A stretch of DNA of 64,000 nucleotides from Candidatus Saccharimonadales bacterium (lineage in GTDB: Bacteria; Patescibacteriota; Saccharimonadia; Saccharimonadales; JAYRRP01). The translations under genes and the position numbers were made by a program. Location: NCBI GenBank assembly GCA_041910055.1, contig JAYRRP010000002.1, positions 21,211 through 85,210 of the forward strand, read 5' to 3'. A model generated the notes under the pieces. It saw only the letters and a program-made list of their open reading frames with translations, searched no databases and had not been told where the DNA came from. Shown here piece by piece: positions 1-8,931 of the stretch (within the stretch, counting starts at the first letter, position 1; each line of letters begins with the position of its first letter).

Positions 1-635
1 TTTTTTAGGTAATTAATTACTCTATAAGTAACCGGCAACATCACCACTTCAACCATTGTCTTGAAACTCCAGCCCACTAAAATAAAGTTCACCATACTGG
101 CCGGTGAAAGGATACCGCCAAAGGCAATCAGGCCAAATATGACAGTATCGAGCCCTTCACCCACTACCGTGGAACCAATTAAACGCAGCCACATTTTCTT
201 GCCCTGGTAGCGTATTTTAAGCTTCGCAAGCACAAATGAGTTCATAAATTCACCCACAAGGTAAGCGGTGAGGCTAGCCAGGACGATGCGGGGAAAGAAT
301 CCCAGTATATCTACGTATGATTGTTGATTAGACCATTCTGGACTGGGTGGTAGATAACGCACCACTGTGAAAGCTACTACAGCCAGGAGCATCACCCCAA
401 AGCCTGTCCAGATGGCCCGTCGGGCGTAAGCATAGCCATATACTTCTGTTAACACATCTCCGAATATATAGGCCAATGGGAAGAGTATCGCACCCCCATC
501 AGTAACAATCGGGCCAATATTAATAAGTTTGACGGCGGCAATATTAGATATTAAGAGTACGGCTGCGAACAGGGCAAGGATAAGATCATAGTATTTCAGG
601 GAGTGGGCATGAGCAGTAACAACATTTTTTTTCAT
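1..635 (-). CDS. yhhQ: YhhQ/DUF165 (VUT-family) queuosine-precursor transporter, C-terminus cut by window edge
   Basis: Absent from the supplied ORF track because it runs off the window. Hand translation from ATG 635-633 gives MKKNVVTAHAHSLKYYDLILALFAAVLLISNIAAVKLINIGPIVTDGGAILFPLAYIFGDVLTEVYGYAYARRAIWTGF...LIGSTVVGEGLDTVIFGLIAFGG... with no stop down to position 1. It is a polytopic membrane protein fitting the YhhQ family pattern. Confidence 0.75.
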   Translation of the reverse strand, partial: MKKNVVTAHAHSLKYYDLILALFAAVLLISNIAAVKLINIGPIVTDGGAILFPLAYIFGDVLTEVYGYAYARRAIWTGFGVMLLAVVAFTVVRYLPPSPEWSNQQSYVDILGFFPRIVLASLTAYLVGEFMNSFVLAKLKIRYQGKKMWLRLIGSTVVGEGLDTVIFGLIAFGGILSPASMVNFILVGWSFKTMVEVVMLPVTYRVINYLK

Positions 636-687
636 GTCTTCGATTTAAACACGGCTTGATAAGTTTCGCAAAATTAGCAAATATAAA

Positions 688-722
688 GAGCCTCTAGAGG
701 GGGTGGGCACCGCTAGAGGCTC
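688..722 (-). terminator. Intrinsic-terminator-like hairpin inside the 5' leader of the yhhQ-like gene
   Basis: On the minus strand, GAGCCTCTAG (722-713) pairs with CTAGAGGCTC (697-688). That is a 10-bp stem with a 15-nt loop, followed by TTTATATTT. It lies about 50 nt upstream of ATG 635. The loop sequence CCCACCCC can also pair with GGGGTGGG at 744-737. Confidence 0.5.
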
Positions 723-970
723 ATTACACCCTTCAACCCACCCCAGCGAAGCATCGAAATCCAAAACTCCTTAAAGATTCGTGCCGTCTGCAGAACAGAC
801 ATACTGACGTACTCACTTTGAAAACGGGGTACCGATTGCAAGAAACAATTGGCAAAGTTAAAGGGGTTAGTCTGTTCTAGAGCGCTGTAGAAAAATACTT
901 CTCTACGCGCCAAAAGAGAAGTGGAGGGTAACAACTTAACTCATTGGACACGCTCTAAAACAATCTAACG

Positions 971-994
971 AATATCTGTGCAATTACAGATATT
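971..994. repeat. Perfect 9-bp inverted repeat (AATATCTGT-N6-ACAGATATT) in the divergent yhhQ/dprA intergenic region
   Basis: Read directly: 971-979 AATATCTGT, 6-nt spacer, 986-994 ACAGATATT. The geometry fits a dimeric operator or a small hairpin. Confidence 0.4.
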
Positions 995-1108
995 TGGGGG
1001 ATATAAGGTACCTAAGGCATAATAACGATTACAAATACATTATCATGCTTACGGATTGCGATTTTAGCAAAATAATGTCATTATGTCAATACTAAGTAAC
1101 TTATTTGT

Positions 1109-1966
1109 ATGGAAATCAAAAAACTTACGCTTGGAGACAACGATTACCCGTCACTGCTCGCCCACATCACTGGGCCACCAAAGCAACTGTACTATCTGTC
1201 AGAAAAAGGTAGTGAGTTACTGAATAATACCGCCGTCGCAGTGGTGGGGAGCCGTAAATTTAGCCCCTACGGGCATCGGGTAACTCTGGAGCTCGCTGGT
1301 GAACTCGCCCGGGCTGGTCTTGTTATTGTCAGCGGTCTCGCCCTCGGGGTAGACTCCTTTGCCCATCAGGCGGCTTTAGAGAGCCAGGGACAAACCATTG
1401 CAGTCTTACCATGTGGGCTAGATACTGTTTATCCCGTCTCTCATCGCAATCTGGCCCGACGTATTCTAGAAACAGGTGGGATGCTGATTAGTGAGTATCC
1501 TCCCGGTACCGTTGCTTTTAAGCAGAACTTTATCGCCCGTAACCGCATTATTTCCGGCCTCAGCCAAGGAGTACTCATCACTGAAGCAGCTGAAAAGAGC
1601 GGCAGTTTGCATACCGCCCGTTTTGCGCTCGAACAAGGCAGGGAAGTGTTTGCCGTACCAGGTAATATTACCAGCCCGCACTCAGTCGGCACGAATAACC
1701 TTATTAAAGCGGGTGCCAGTCCCGTCAGCCGCGCGCAGGATATACTTTTTGCACTTCATATCGACCGTTCATTAGACAAAGTTTCACTTGCCAGTAACCC
1801 AGAGGAACAACTTATCCTCGACCAGCTCACGCAAGGTATTCACGACAGTGATATGCTCCTGCAGGTTACGGGTTTATCTGCTGATGTCTTTCACCGTACT
1901 ATTACCATGCTTGAGTTAAGTGGCAAGATAAAGACAATGGGCGGAGGCCAGTGGTATCAAGGCTAA
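1109..1966 (+). CDS. dprA: DNA processing protein DprA (Smf)
   Basis: 285 aa. DprA core motifs are present: VAVVGSRKFSPYG, GLALGVDSFAHQAAL, GSLHTARFALEQGREVFAVPG. The classic dprA-topA synteny is also seen. Confidence 0.9.
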   Translation: MEIKKLTLGDNDYPSLLAHITGPPKQLYYLSEKGSELLNNTAVAVVGSRKFSPYGHRVTLELAGELARAGLVIVSGLALGVDSFAHQAALESQGQTIAVLPCGLDTVYPVSHRNLARRILETGGMLISEYPPGTVAFKQNFIARNRIISGLSQGVLITEAAEKSGSLHTARFALEQGREVFAVPGNITSPHSVGTNNLIKAGASPVSRAQDILFALHIDRSLDKVSLASNPEEQLILDQLTQGIHDSDMLLQVTGLSADVFHRTITMLELSGKIKTMGGGQWYQG

Positions 1967-2027
1967 GCCCAAGCTTGTGTAAACGGCTCCTCGGATGAAG
2001 AAGCAGGTGTAGTATACTGATGCCTGC

Positions 2028-4313
2028 ATGAGTAAACATCTTGTCATTGTAGAATCGCCAGCTAAAGCTAAAACAATTGAAAAATACCTCGGAAAGGACT
2101 ACGCGGTCAAAAGCAGTTTTGGCCATATTAGGGACCTACCCAAGAAGGGTTTAAGTATTGATATTCCAGCTGGATTTCAACCAACCTATGAAATTAGCGC
2201 TGATAAAAAGAAAGTCGTTGCAGAACTAAAAAAAGCTGCCAAAGACGCCCGTGAAGTATGGTTAGCTAGTGATGAAGACCGGGAAGGCGAAGCCATTGCC
2301 TGGCATCTGACACAAGCTCTCAGGCTTGATCCAGCAGCTACAAAGCGTATTGTCTTTCACGAGATTACCAAGAAAGCTATCGAACACGCGATTGAGAATC
2401 CCCGCACCATTGATCGAAACTTGGTGGATGCTCAACAAGCCCGCCGGATTTTGGACCGTTTAGTCGGCTATGAGTTGTCACCTGTGCTATGGAAAAAGGT
2501 GAGGACTGGCCTGAGCGCCGGACGGGTGCAATCGGTAGCAGTCCGGCTAATAGTTGAGCGGGAAAGAGAGATTAAAGCATTCGAGCCAGTCTCAAGCTAT
2601 AAAGTGATCGCACGTTTCTTATCAAAAGGCGAACCATTTGAGGCTGAGCTGGACAGCCGATTTACTACTCCCGAAGAGGCAGAAGCGTTTCTCCGTAGTA
2701 ATATCCACGCTCATTACACCGTACAGGCAATGACGCAAAAACCAGCTACACGTAATCCGGGTCCGCCCTTTACTACTAGTAGTTTGCAACAAGAAGCCTC
2801 ACGTCGGCTTGGTTTTGGCGTTAAACAAACCATGACACTGGCGCAACGTTTGTATGAGAATGGCCATATTACCTACATGCGAACTGATAGCCTGACACTG
2901 TCTACACAAGCTATTGCTGCCGCCGGTGAATACATTACACAAAACTTTGGGAAGAAATATCATCACCAACGACAGTTCAAAACAAAAAATGCATCGGCAC
3001 AGGAAGCACACGAAGCTATCCGCCCGACTAATTTTTCAACCTCGCAGGCTGGAGCCGATGAAGCCCAAAGGAAGCTTTACAAGCTCATTTGGCAACGGAC
3101 TACTGCCAGCCAAATGTCAGCAGCCGAACTGAAGAGCACAGAGATTATTATTGATATCACAGGCCATTCGGAGCATTTCGTTGCAAAGGGTGAGCAACTG
3201 GTATTTGACGGCTACTATAAGGTATACGGAAAGGCTAAACCTGATTCGCTCCTACCGGCGATGCAGAAAGGCGACCGTTTACAACTTGATACTATGCAAG
3301 CCAGCCAAATTTATTCACGCGCGCCAGCTAGATATTCTGAGGCGAGTCTAGTTAAGAAACTTGAGGAACTCGGTATCGGTCGACCCAGTACCTACGCACC
3401 CACCATTAGCACAATCCAGACTCGCGGATACGTTGAAAAACGTGACCTTGAAGGCACTCCGCGGGATCTCTCGGTTATCGCCCTCAAAAATAATCAAATA
3501 ACTTCCCAAGTAACTAGCGAAGTATCAGGCGCGGACAGAGGCAAATTACTGCCAACACCCACTGCAGAGATGACGACAGATTTCTTAGTAAAATACTTTT
3601 CCGAAATAGTAGATTACGATTTTACTGCTACCGCAGAAGCTGGCTTTGACAGTATCGCAGCCGGAAAGGAGAAGTGGGAAGCAATGATACGTCAGTTTTA
3701 TTCCCGCTTCCACCCTCTAGTGGAGAAGTCTGAGAAAGCCAGCCGGCAAGAAGCTGCACAAGCCAGATTACTCGGCAAGGATCCTAAATCTGGACGATCT
3801 GTGTATGCGCGCTACGGACGTTACGGTGCTATGTTGCAAATTGGTGAAGCGAGCGAAGAAGAAGAGAAGCCCCTCTTTGCTCCTCTACCACAAGGCAAAA
3901 CCATGGACGATGTCACGCTGAAGGAGGCATTAGCAATGTTCACATTGCCGAGAAAAGTAGGCAAAACAGCTGATGGTCAAGAAATATCTGCGAACATCGG
4001 CCGATACGGCCCTTATATAAAAGTTGGCAAACTGTTTGTATCAATAAAAGGAAGTGACCCTCTGGTTATCACCGAGGCAGAAGCACGTCAGTTTTACGAT
4101 GAAAAACAGAAACAATTAGCGAACAAGTATATACAAGAATTCAGTAGTAGCCTCAAAGTCGCAAATGGACCCTATGGGCCTTACGTAACTGATGGCAAGA
4201 AAAATGCCCGCATACCAAAGGAAACAGACGCGGCCACACTGACTGAGCAGGAAGCAAAGCAGTTACTGCAAGCCGCACCTGCCAAAAAACGCTTCAGACG
4301 GAAAAGGGCATAG
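2028..4313 (+). CDS. topA: DNA topoisomerase I
   Basis: 761 aa. Toprim N-terminus MSKHLVIVESPAKAKTIEKYLG, DEDREGE motif and catalytic Tyr context HITYMRTDS. The C-terminal domain is Cys-less with three G(R)YGPY-type repeats and a Lys/Arg tail. Confidence 0.95.
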   Translation: MSKHLVIVESPAKAKTIEKYLGKDYAVKSSFGHIRDLPKKGLSIDIPAGFQPTYEISADKKKVVAELKKAAKDAREVWLASDEDREGEAIAWHLTQALRLDPAATKRIVFHEITKKAIEHAIENPRTIDRNLVDAQQARRILDRLVGYELSPVLWKKVRTGLSAGRVQSVAVRLIVEREREIKAFEPVSSYKVIARFLSKGEPFEAELDSRFTTPEEAEAFLRSNIHAHYTVQAMTQKPATRNPGPPFTTSSLQQEASRRLGFGVKQTMTLAQRLYENGHITYMRTDSLTLSTQAIAAAGEYITQNFGKKYHHQRQFKTKNASAQEAHEAIRPTNFSTSQAGADEAQRKLYKLIWQRTTASQMSAAELKSTEIIIDITGHSEHFVAKGEQLVFDGYYKVYGKAKPDSLLPAMQKGDRLQLDTMQASQIYSRAPARYSEASLVKKLEELGIGRPSTYAPTISTIQTRGYVEKRDLEGTPRDLSVIALKNNQITSQVTSEVSGADRGKLLPTPTAEMTTDFLVKYFSEIVDYDFTATAEAGFDSIAAGKEKWEAMIRQFYSRFHPLVEKSEKASRQEAAQARLLGKDPKSGRSVYARYGRYGAMLQIGEASEEEEKPLFAPLPQGKTMDDVTLKEALAMFTLPRKVGKTADGQEISANIGRYGPYIKVGKLFVSIKGSDPLVITEAEARQFYDEKQKQLANKYIQEFSSSLKVANGPYGPYVTDGKKNARIPKETDAATLTEQEAKQLLQAAPAKKRFRRKRA

Positions 4314-4343
4314 CTGCCATTTGCAGTTTATTCGCAGTTATTA

Positions 4344-4359
4344 CCCCTGTAGGCAGGGG
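4344..4359 (+). terminator. GC hairpin just downstream of topA (weak terminator candidate)
   Basis: CCCCTG (4344-4349), loop TAGG, CAGGGG (4354-4359), starting 31 nt after the topA stop. No convincing T-tract follows. Confidence 0.3.
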
Positions 4360-4533
4360 CAAGAACCTCGATTTAAAAAGACTGAGTTTTAGCCCTAATG
4401 GTACCTGAGCGCACTTTAGAAACTTATCCACATATTTGTATCTTACACGAGCTTATTCTGCAGTAATATTGACACATACTTATTATGCTAAAATTGCGAC
4501 TTAATGCTACAATAAGCACATAAAACCCTATGT

Positions 4534-4562
4534 TTGACATTACTAAACTTTAGTTTTATAAT
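4534..4562 (+). promoter_or_regulatory. Perfect consensus sigma-70-type promoter (TTGACA-17 nt-TATAAT)
   Basis: TTGACA at 4534-4539, exactly 17 nt of spacer, TATAAT at 4557-4562. It lies 33 nt upstream of ATG 4595, with AAGAGG as a likely SD. Confidence 0.65.
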
Positions 4563-4594
4563 TTAAAAGACCATTTACCTATAAGAGGCGGCAC

Positions 4595-5626
4595 ATGAGC
4601 AAGCAAGTATCGACTTCAGTAATCGAACAACGCATCGAAGACATTCTTGACACTATAGGGCGGGACCGCGAGAGAGAAATAATCTCTCGTCGTTTTGGAT
4701 TATTCGACCGGAAAGAGACCCTCGAGCAAATCGGGGAATTGCTTGGCATCACTCGAGAAAGAGTACGACAATTAGAGAAAGCAGTCGTCGCACGCCTCAA
4801 GGCCGCTGCTGAAGATGACTTACCCCATATAAAAACCGCTGAAAAAGAATTACGTGAAATCCTAACTGATTTAGGGAAGGTAGCCAGAGTACAAGAACTA
4901 AGTAAAGTGTTAACGGGATCACAAGAACGTCTAGAACAGTCCCGCATCTCATTTGTAGCAACCTTATGCCCAAATCTGGTTGTGATTGACGATAATGACA
5001 CCTACTACCACGCAGTTGGCCTCAATAGTACACAAAACGAGAAGACCATTCGTGAAGAAGTACAGAAAATTATTGATGCTGTCAAGAAAATTGGGGAACC
5101 AACCTCAATTGAGAAATTAACTGAGGCAACAAAAAAATCTGATACAGCACACGTGAAAGCACTGGCCAGCATATCCAAGCAGATTGCACACCTGAACAAC
5201 CGTTGGGGACTTGTAAAATGGCCAATGGTAAACCCTAAGAATATAAGGGACAAAATATACGTAACCCTTCACGACCATGGCAAACCAATGCACTTTAACG
5301 AGATTGCTAAGGCAATTAAAAACTCTACCTTCAAGCGCAAAGATGTAACTACCCAAGCAATTCACAACGAACTTATCAAAGATAACCGTTTCGTGCTAAT
5401 AGGGCGGGGCATTTACGCCTTAAAAGAGTGGGGATTCGAACGTGGTACGGTAGCTGATATTATTGCTGAGGTACTAAAAAAAGCCGGTGAACCACTGCAC
5501 CGTGATGAGATCGTAAAACGTGTATTGAAAAGCCGACAAGTCAAAGAAACTACCATCCTCCTAAATCTGCAGGGCAAGCCACAATTCAAGCGTGTAGCCA
5601 AAGCAACCTACGCTCTCGCAACTTAG
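4595..5626 (+). CDS. Sigma-70 region-4-like HTH protein with two C-terminal HARE-HTH-like winged helices (not a complete sigma factor)
   Basis: 343 aa. The N-terminus REREIISRRFGLFDRKETLEQIGELLGITRERVRQLEKAVVARLK matches sigma region 4.2; no region 2 is present. Two later segments (IYVTLHDHGKPMHFNEIAKAI...IGRGIYALKEW and VADIIAEVLKKAGEPLHRDEIVKRVL...) resemble the HARE-HTH of the RNAP delta subunit. Confidence 0.6.
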   Translation: MSKQVSTSVIEQRIEDILDTIGRDREREIISRRFGLFDRKETLEQIGELLGITRERVRQLEKAVVARLKAAAEDDLPHIKTAEKELREILTDLGKVARVQELSKVLTGSQERLEQSRISFVATLCPNLVVIDDNDTYYHAVGLNSTQNEKTIREEVQKIIDAVKKIGEPTSIEKLTEATKKSDTAHVKALASISKQIAHLNNRWGLVKWPMVNPKNIRDKIYVTLHDHGKPMHFNEIAKAIKNSTFKRKDVTTQAIHNELIKDNRFVLIGRGIYALKEWGFERGTVADIIAEVLKKAGEPLHRDEIVKRVLKSRQVKETTILLNLQGKPQFKRVAKATYALAT

Positions 5627-5640
5627 GAAAGATTAGGCAG

Positions 5641-6141
5641 ATGGAAGAATCACCTTTCCATTTCAGCCGTAAAGAGCAGTGGGCGAGCCTGAGCGCTGAA
5701 GAGAAAGAAGCACATATTATATCCGATAGAGTTGCGCTGTTGCACCTTTCAATGGAAGAAGACGCCACAATAACCTTTACTGACGAACTGACACCTCGAC
5801 ATTACAAAGATGATCCAGACCGACATTGTTATTATCGGGGTAAAGTCCTGGAAATAGGAGAAGATGAAGAGGGCGCATGGGCAGTAGTAGACCTTATAGA
5901 GCATAAACTTCAATTATCTAGTTTTGAAAGCGTTCTGCCTGGTTTTGGAAATTATATTAGTGCAATGTATTCCACTCTTGCCGAACCTACAGACCTCATA
6001 GGGGGAATTAAGGAAATGCAAGACGCAGCTAATGAGTTTCCAGAAGTAGAGATAATGTTAGATCTGCCTCTCTCTGACCAGCCACAAAAATTTTATGTTA
6101 AAGACATGCCCGCCTGCATAATGACTAAAAATAATGAATAA
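5641..6141 (+). CDS. Hypothetical acidic protein (166 aa)
   Basis: The ORF starts 14 nt after the preceding gene. I recognise no motif. Confidence 0.5.
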   Translation: MEESPFHFSRKEQWASLSAEEKEAHIISDRVALLHLSMEEDATITFTDELTPRHYKDDPDRHCYYRGKVLEIGEDEEGAWAVVDLIEHKLQLSSFESVLPGFGNYISAMYSTLAEPTDLIGGIKEMQDAANEFPEVEIMLDLPLSDQPQKFYVKDMPACIMTKNNE

Positions 6142-6833
6142 TGTGTACATTTTGCGAACATTTTCTAGCAGATACTGTTTCGGGCAAGCGCTAGTAAACA
6201 CGATCAAAATAATCTTCCCGGCATACTAGAAGCAGGGATTAGCAAAACTTAAAATATGAATGCGGTTTGATAAATAGCGCGCGGGGAAAGTCTGAATAGT
6301 AGGCCAAACCAAACTTATCATCAAACGTCGCACAATGTATATTTTACGACTCGTTATATCCTTGTTATGTCTATATTGGGCTACCTTCTAACAGGGGAGT
6401 ATCTCACATACTTTGGTTAATTTACGTTGTTTTACTCTTTTAAGTATGGCCGTAATATAGCCTCAATTTAGAACGCTGGAGTGCCTTAGCAAAACTATCT
6501 ATAATCGCAAGTTTTCCACAACGGCAGTTTGCATTATTTGCTTTTTTAGGGCTTTATTGTTTTTTATATTCACTCTCCCCTTTATACCCTTTTATTGATA
6601 ATTTTGACATTTTACTATTAATATATATTAATATAGTTTTATGAAAAAATAATCGGCATTTAAAAACTGTACAAATTACGAACTACTAGGGGAGAGAGGT
6701 GTACTATATATTATAATTAGGACTCAAAAAGTCTAGGCCTATATCAGAGAGATCTAGTCTACTAAATTAAAGACTGTACGGTGGCCTGTCCTTCCCCTGT
6801 TGAGGCAGGTCTATGGTTTCACAGCGCCAAAAA

Positions 6834-7769
6834 CTATAAATAAAAGACCCTCTCTTCGATCCGCAAATCAACATATTGCGAAGGCACAATATGTTTGGTA
6901 TCAAACTCATGTAACACCGCGAGGGCATTACCTGAAGCCTGTTTTGGGTCCATCAGCAAACTAAACTTCAAGTAGTAAGGCTTTCCGCCCAATTTTACAT
7001 GCAAACGATTGGGCTGTGGCGGTAATGTCATACTCTCAATCGCCACTCCTTTCGAATTCAACTGATTATAGACTGTAGTTAAAAACTCTACGCTCTGCTT
7101 TGGCAGAATGTTCTTGCCCTGCTCTATTGGTAAATTGGACTCATCTTTTACAACCGGTAAACCTTTTGCCAGGTTTTGTTTGGTAGTCTCATTTGAATTA
7201 AGCAGTACTCTGCCTGAATTATCAATCAAATAAGATTTTCCTTGTGCGGTCTTCAATATCATTGCTGGCTGGCTAGCATGCAATTCAACCACAATCCGTT
7301 GCCCAATGAAAGGTAGCACAAAATTCACCTCTGAGAGTTCCGGGAACATCGCCGACATGCGTTGGTTCAACTGTTCAGTATTGACGGTAATCTTATTCCG
7401 ATTTAAAAGGGAGCTTCGTAGCAGAGCTTCTGCCCCTTGGGAATATTCATCAGTAGGCCTGAGCAGTAGAGCTTCGGGATCAGAAACACTCGCTACGTGG
7501 ATTCTTGGGGTGGTATTCAGTAATGAGGCGTAAATCGCACACGATATGATTGCAGCCAGCGCGAATAAACCTGGGAGTAAATGCCAGAATGGACGCGCTG
7601 TATTACGGTCGCGGACAGGCGAAGAAGTTGTCTCTTCCCTGCCACGCGACACTGATGAAATTGATCGATTGGCATGATAAGAAAACACGTCTCGTGTAGA
7701 CAGACGCTCATCGCGTAAGTTTGCCTGCCGAGTAGCTGACCTTATCTGACGTTTACGATGAAAGACCAT
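6834..7769 (-). CDS. ftsQ: Cell division protein FtsQ/DivIB-like (bitopic, POTRA-type)
   Basis: 311 aa. Basic cytoplasmic N-terminus, a single TM (FWHLLPGLFALAAIISCAIYASLL), then a POTRA-like and beta-rich ectodomain. It is the last gene of the dcw cluster and overlaps the murG stop by 17 nt. Confidence 0.6.
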   Translation of the reverse strand: MVFHRKRQIRSATRQANLRDERLSTRDVFSYHANRSISSVSRGREETTSSPVRDRNTARPFWHLLPGLFALAAIISCAIYASLLNTTPRIHVASVSDPEALLLRPTDEYSQGAEALLRSSLLNRNKITVNTEQLNQRMSAMFPELSEVNFVLPFIGQRIVVELHASQPAMILKTAQGKSYLIDNSGRVLLNSNETTKQNLAKGLPVVKDESNLPIEQGKNILPKQSVEFLTTVYNQLNSKGVAIESMTLPPQPNRLHVKLGGKPYYLKFSLLMDPKQASGNALAVLHEFDTKHIVPSQYVDLRIEERVFYL

Positions 7770-8931
7770 GACTCTTCCCTGTCGTAATAATCAAGCCGGC
7801 GAGTTGCTGGGTGGCATCCTTTTTGGCGAATTTATGGAGAGCTCTGCTGTAGACAGTACGTTTGTGCGAAGAATGAAGCAAGTCCGATAAAGGAGATAGA
7901 AGAATAGTAGGGTCAGCCTGCAATTTATTCTCTGACACCACAATGACGGCTTTACGCTTTTGCAAAGCCTGTGCGTTTTTTAGCTGGTGTCCGCCCGTCA
8001 GTAAGGGATTAGGAATAACAATGCAAGGTTTTGCCTGAACTGCGAATTCGGCTAGGCTAGTAGCCCCTGCACGGCAAATAACCACGTCTGCAGCACCACT
8101 ATATCGGTAAGCATCGGTAACAAAGCCCTGGACACTGCAGTGTTGTGTGTAATTGTCCCCCAATATTTGCTGGTATTGTTTATCCACTTCATCTTTGTGG
8201 TCACGTCCTGCTAAATGTAGGAGCTGCAACCGTGGAAAACGGGAAATGAGTTCCGGTGCTATTGCCATAACAGCCTCATTTACCCTTTTTGCACCTAAAC
8301 CACCGCCAGCTATACATACTACCGGGCCCTTGTCCAATCCCAATTCATGACGATAATGATCTCGTAGTTTTGATGTTACATAGCGATACCGTTCGTCTAC
8401 TGGTACACCTGTCTCCACCACTTTGTCAGGAAAATAAGTATAAAGGTTCTTTGGCAACGCTACTGCGTGCACTGTCGCCCAACGGCTAATAATTCGATTC
8501 GCTAATCCGGGCACAGCGTCAGAATCGTGTGTAATGAACGGGGTTCGCCGCAGAGCTGCCGCCAAACCCATTGGTACTCCTACGAATCCTCCTTTAATAA
8601 AGACCGCCTCTGGCTTGCAACGGCCAAGCAGCCAAAAGCTTTGCCAGGTCCCAATTAAAAAATACCAAAAATCTCTAAGGTTTTTTAGCAACGTGGACAC
8701 ATCAAGAATTTGGCGCCATCCCTCTTGGTGATACCGCCTGAACTTACCCGCATGCACTGTCCAGATATGATCAAAGACACCATCAGTTTCTGCCACGTCT
8801 CGCAACTTATCAGTACGGGAGCCTACATAACATATAGTCGTCTTTGGTTTTTGGCGCTTGATCTCTTTAGCGACCGCCAGGAGTGGGGTGATATGCCCCC
8901 CGGAGCCGCCGCCGACCAGGACTATTGTCAT
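7753..8931 (-). CDS. murG: UDP-GlcNAc:lipid I N-acetylglucosaminyltransferase MurG
   Basis: The track ORF runs to 9015. I start it at ATG 8931 (MTIVLVGGGSGGHITPLLAVAKEI, the canonical MurG N-terminal G-loop). This leaves a 65-nt overlap with ftsW. Confidence 0.85.
   Translation of the reverse strand: MTIVLVGGGSGGHITPLLAVAKEIKRQKPKTTICYVGSRTDKLRDVAETDGVFDHIWTVHAGKFRRYHQEGWRQILDVSTLLKNLRDFWYFLIGTWQSFWLLGRCKPEAVFIKGGFVGVPMGLAAALRRTPFITHDSDAVPGLANRIISRWATVHAVALPKNLYTYFPDKVVETGVPVDERYRYVTSKLRDHYRHELGLDKGPVVCIAGGGLGAKRVNEAVMAIAPELISRFPRLQLLHLAGRDHKDEVDKQYQQILGDNYTQHCSVQGFVTDAYRYSGAADVVICRAGATSLAEFAVQAKPCIVIPNPLLTGGHQLKNAQALQKRKAVIVVSENKLQADPTILLSPLSDLLHSSHKRTVYSRALHKFAKKDATQQLAGLIITTGKSHGLSS

Noticed and set aside
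727-745. tmRNA or RNase P fragments suggested by GGGUUGAAGGGUG / CCCUUCAACCC
   Set aside because: No complementary T-stem and no CCA-ending acceptor. No GGAAAGUCC or ACAGAA..GGCUUA elements are present, and too little sequence remains before the yhhQ start. The resemblance is superficial.
713-934. 73-aa minus-strand ORF in the yhhQ/dprA intergenic region
   Set aside because: Its composition is odd (rich in W, C and F). It has no SD or start context and it overlaps hairpin-forming sequence and the terminator stem. It is more likely a non-coding leader or sRNA region.
4469-4497. Second TTGACA hexamer upstream of the sigma-like gene as an additional promoter
   Set aside because: The best downstream -10-like hexamer (TAAAAT) is only 14 nt away, and no acceptable hexamer lies at 16-18 nt.
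4579-5001. 140-aa antisense ORF opposite the sigma-r4/HARE-HTH gene
   Set aside because: It is fully antisense to a gene with recognisable domains, and its Ser/Arg-rich composition is typical of antisense frames.
6283-6292. GGGGAAAGUC resembling the RNase P RNA CR-I motif
   Set aside because: The surrounding sequence is AT-rich and poorly structured. The other conserved RNase P blocks are absent on either strand.
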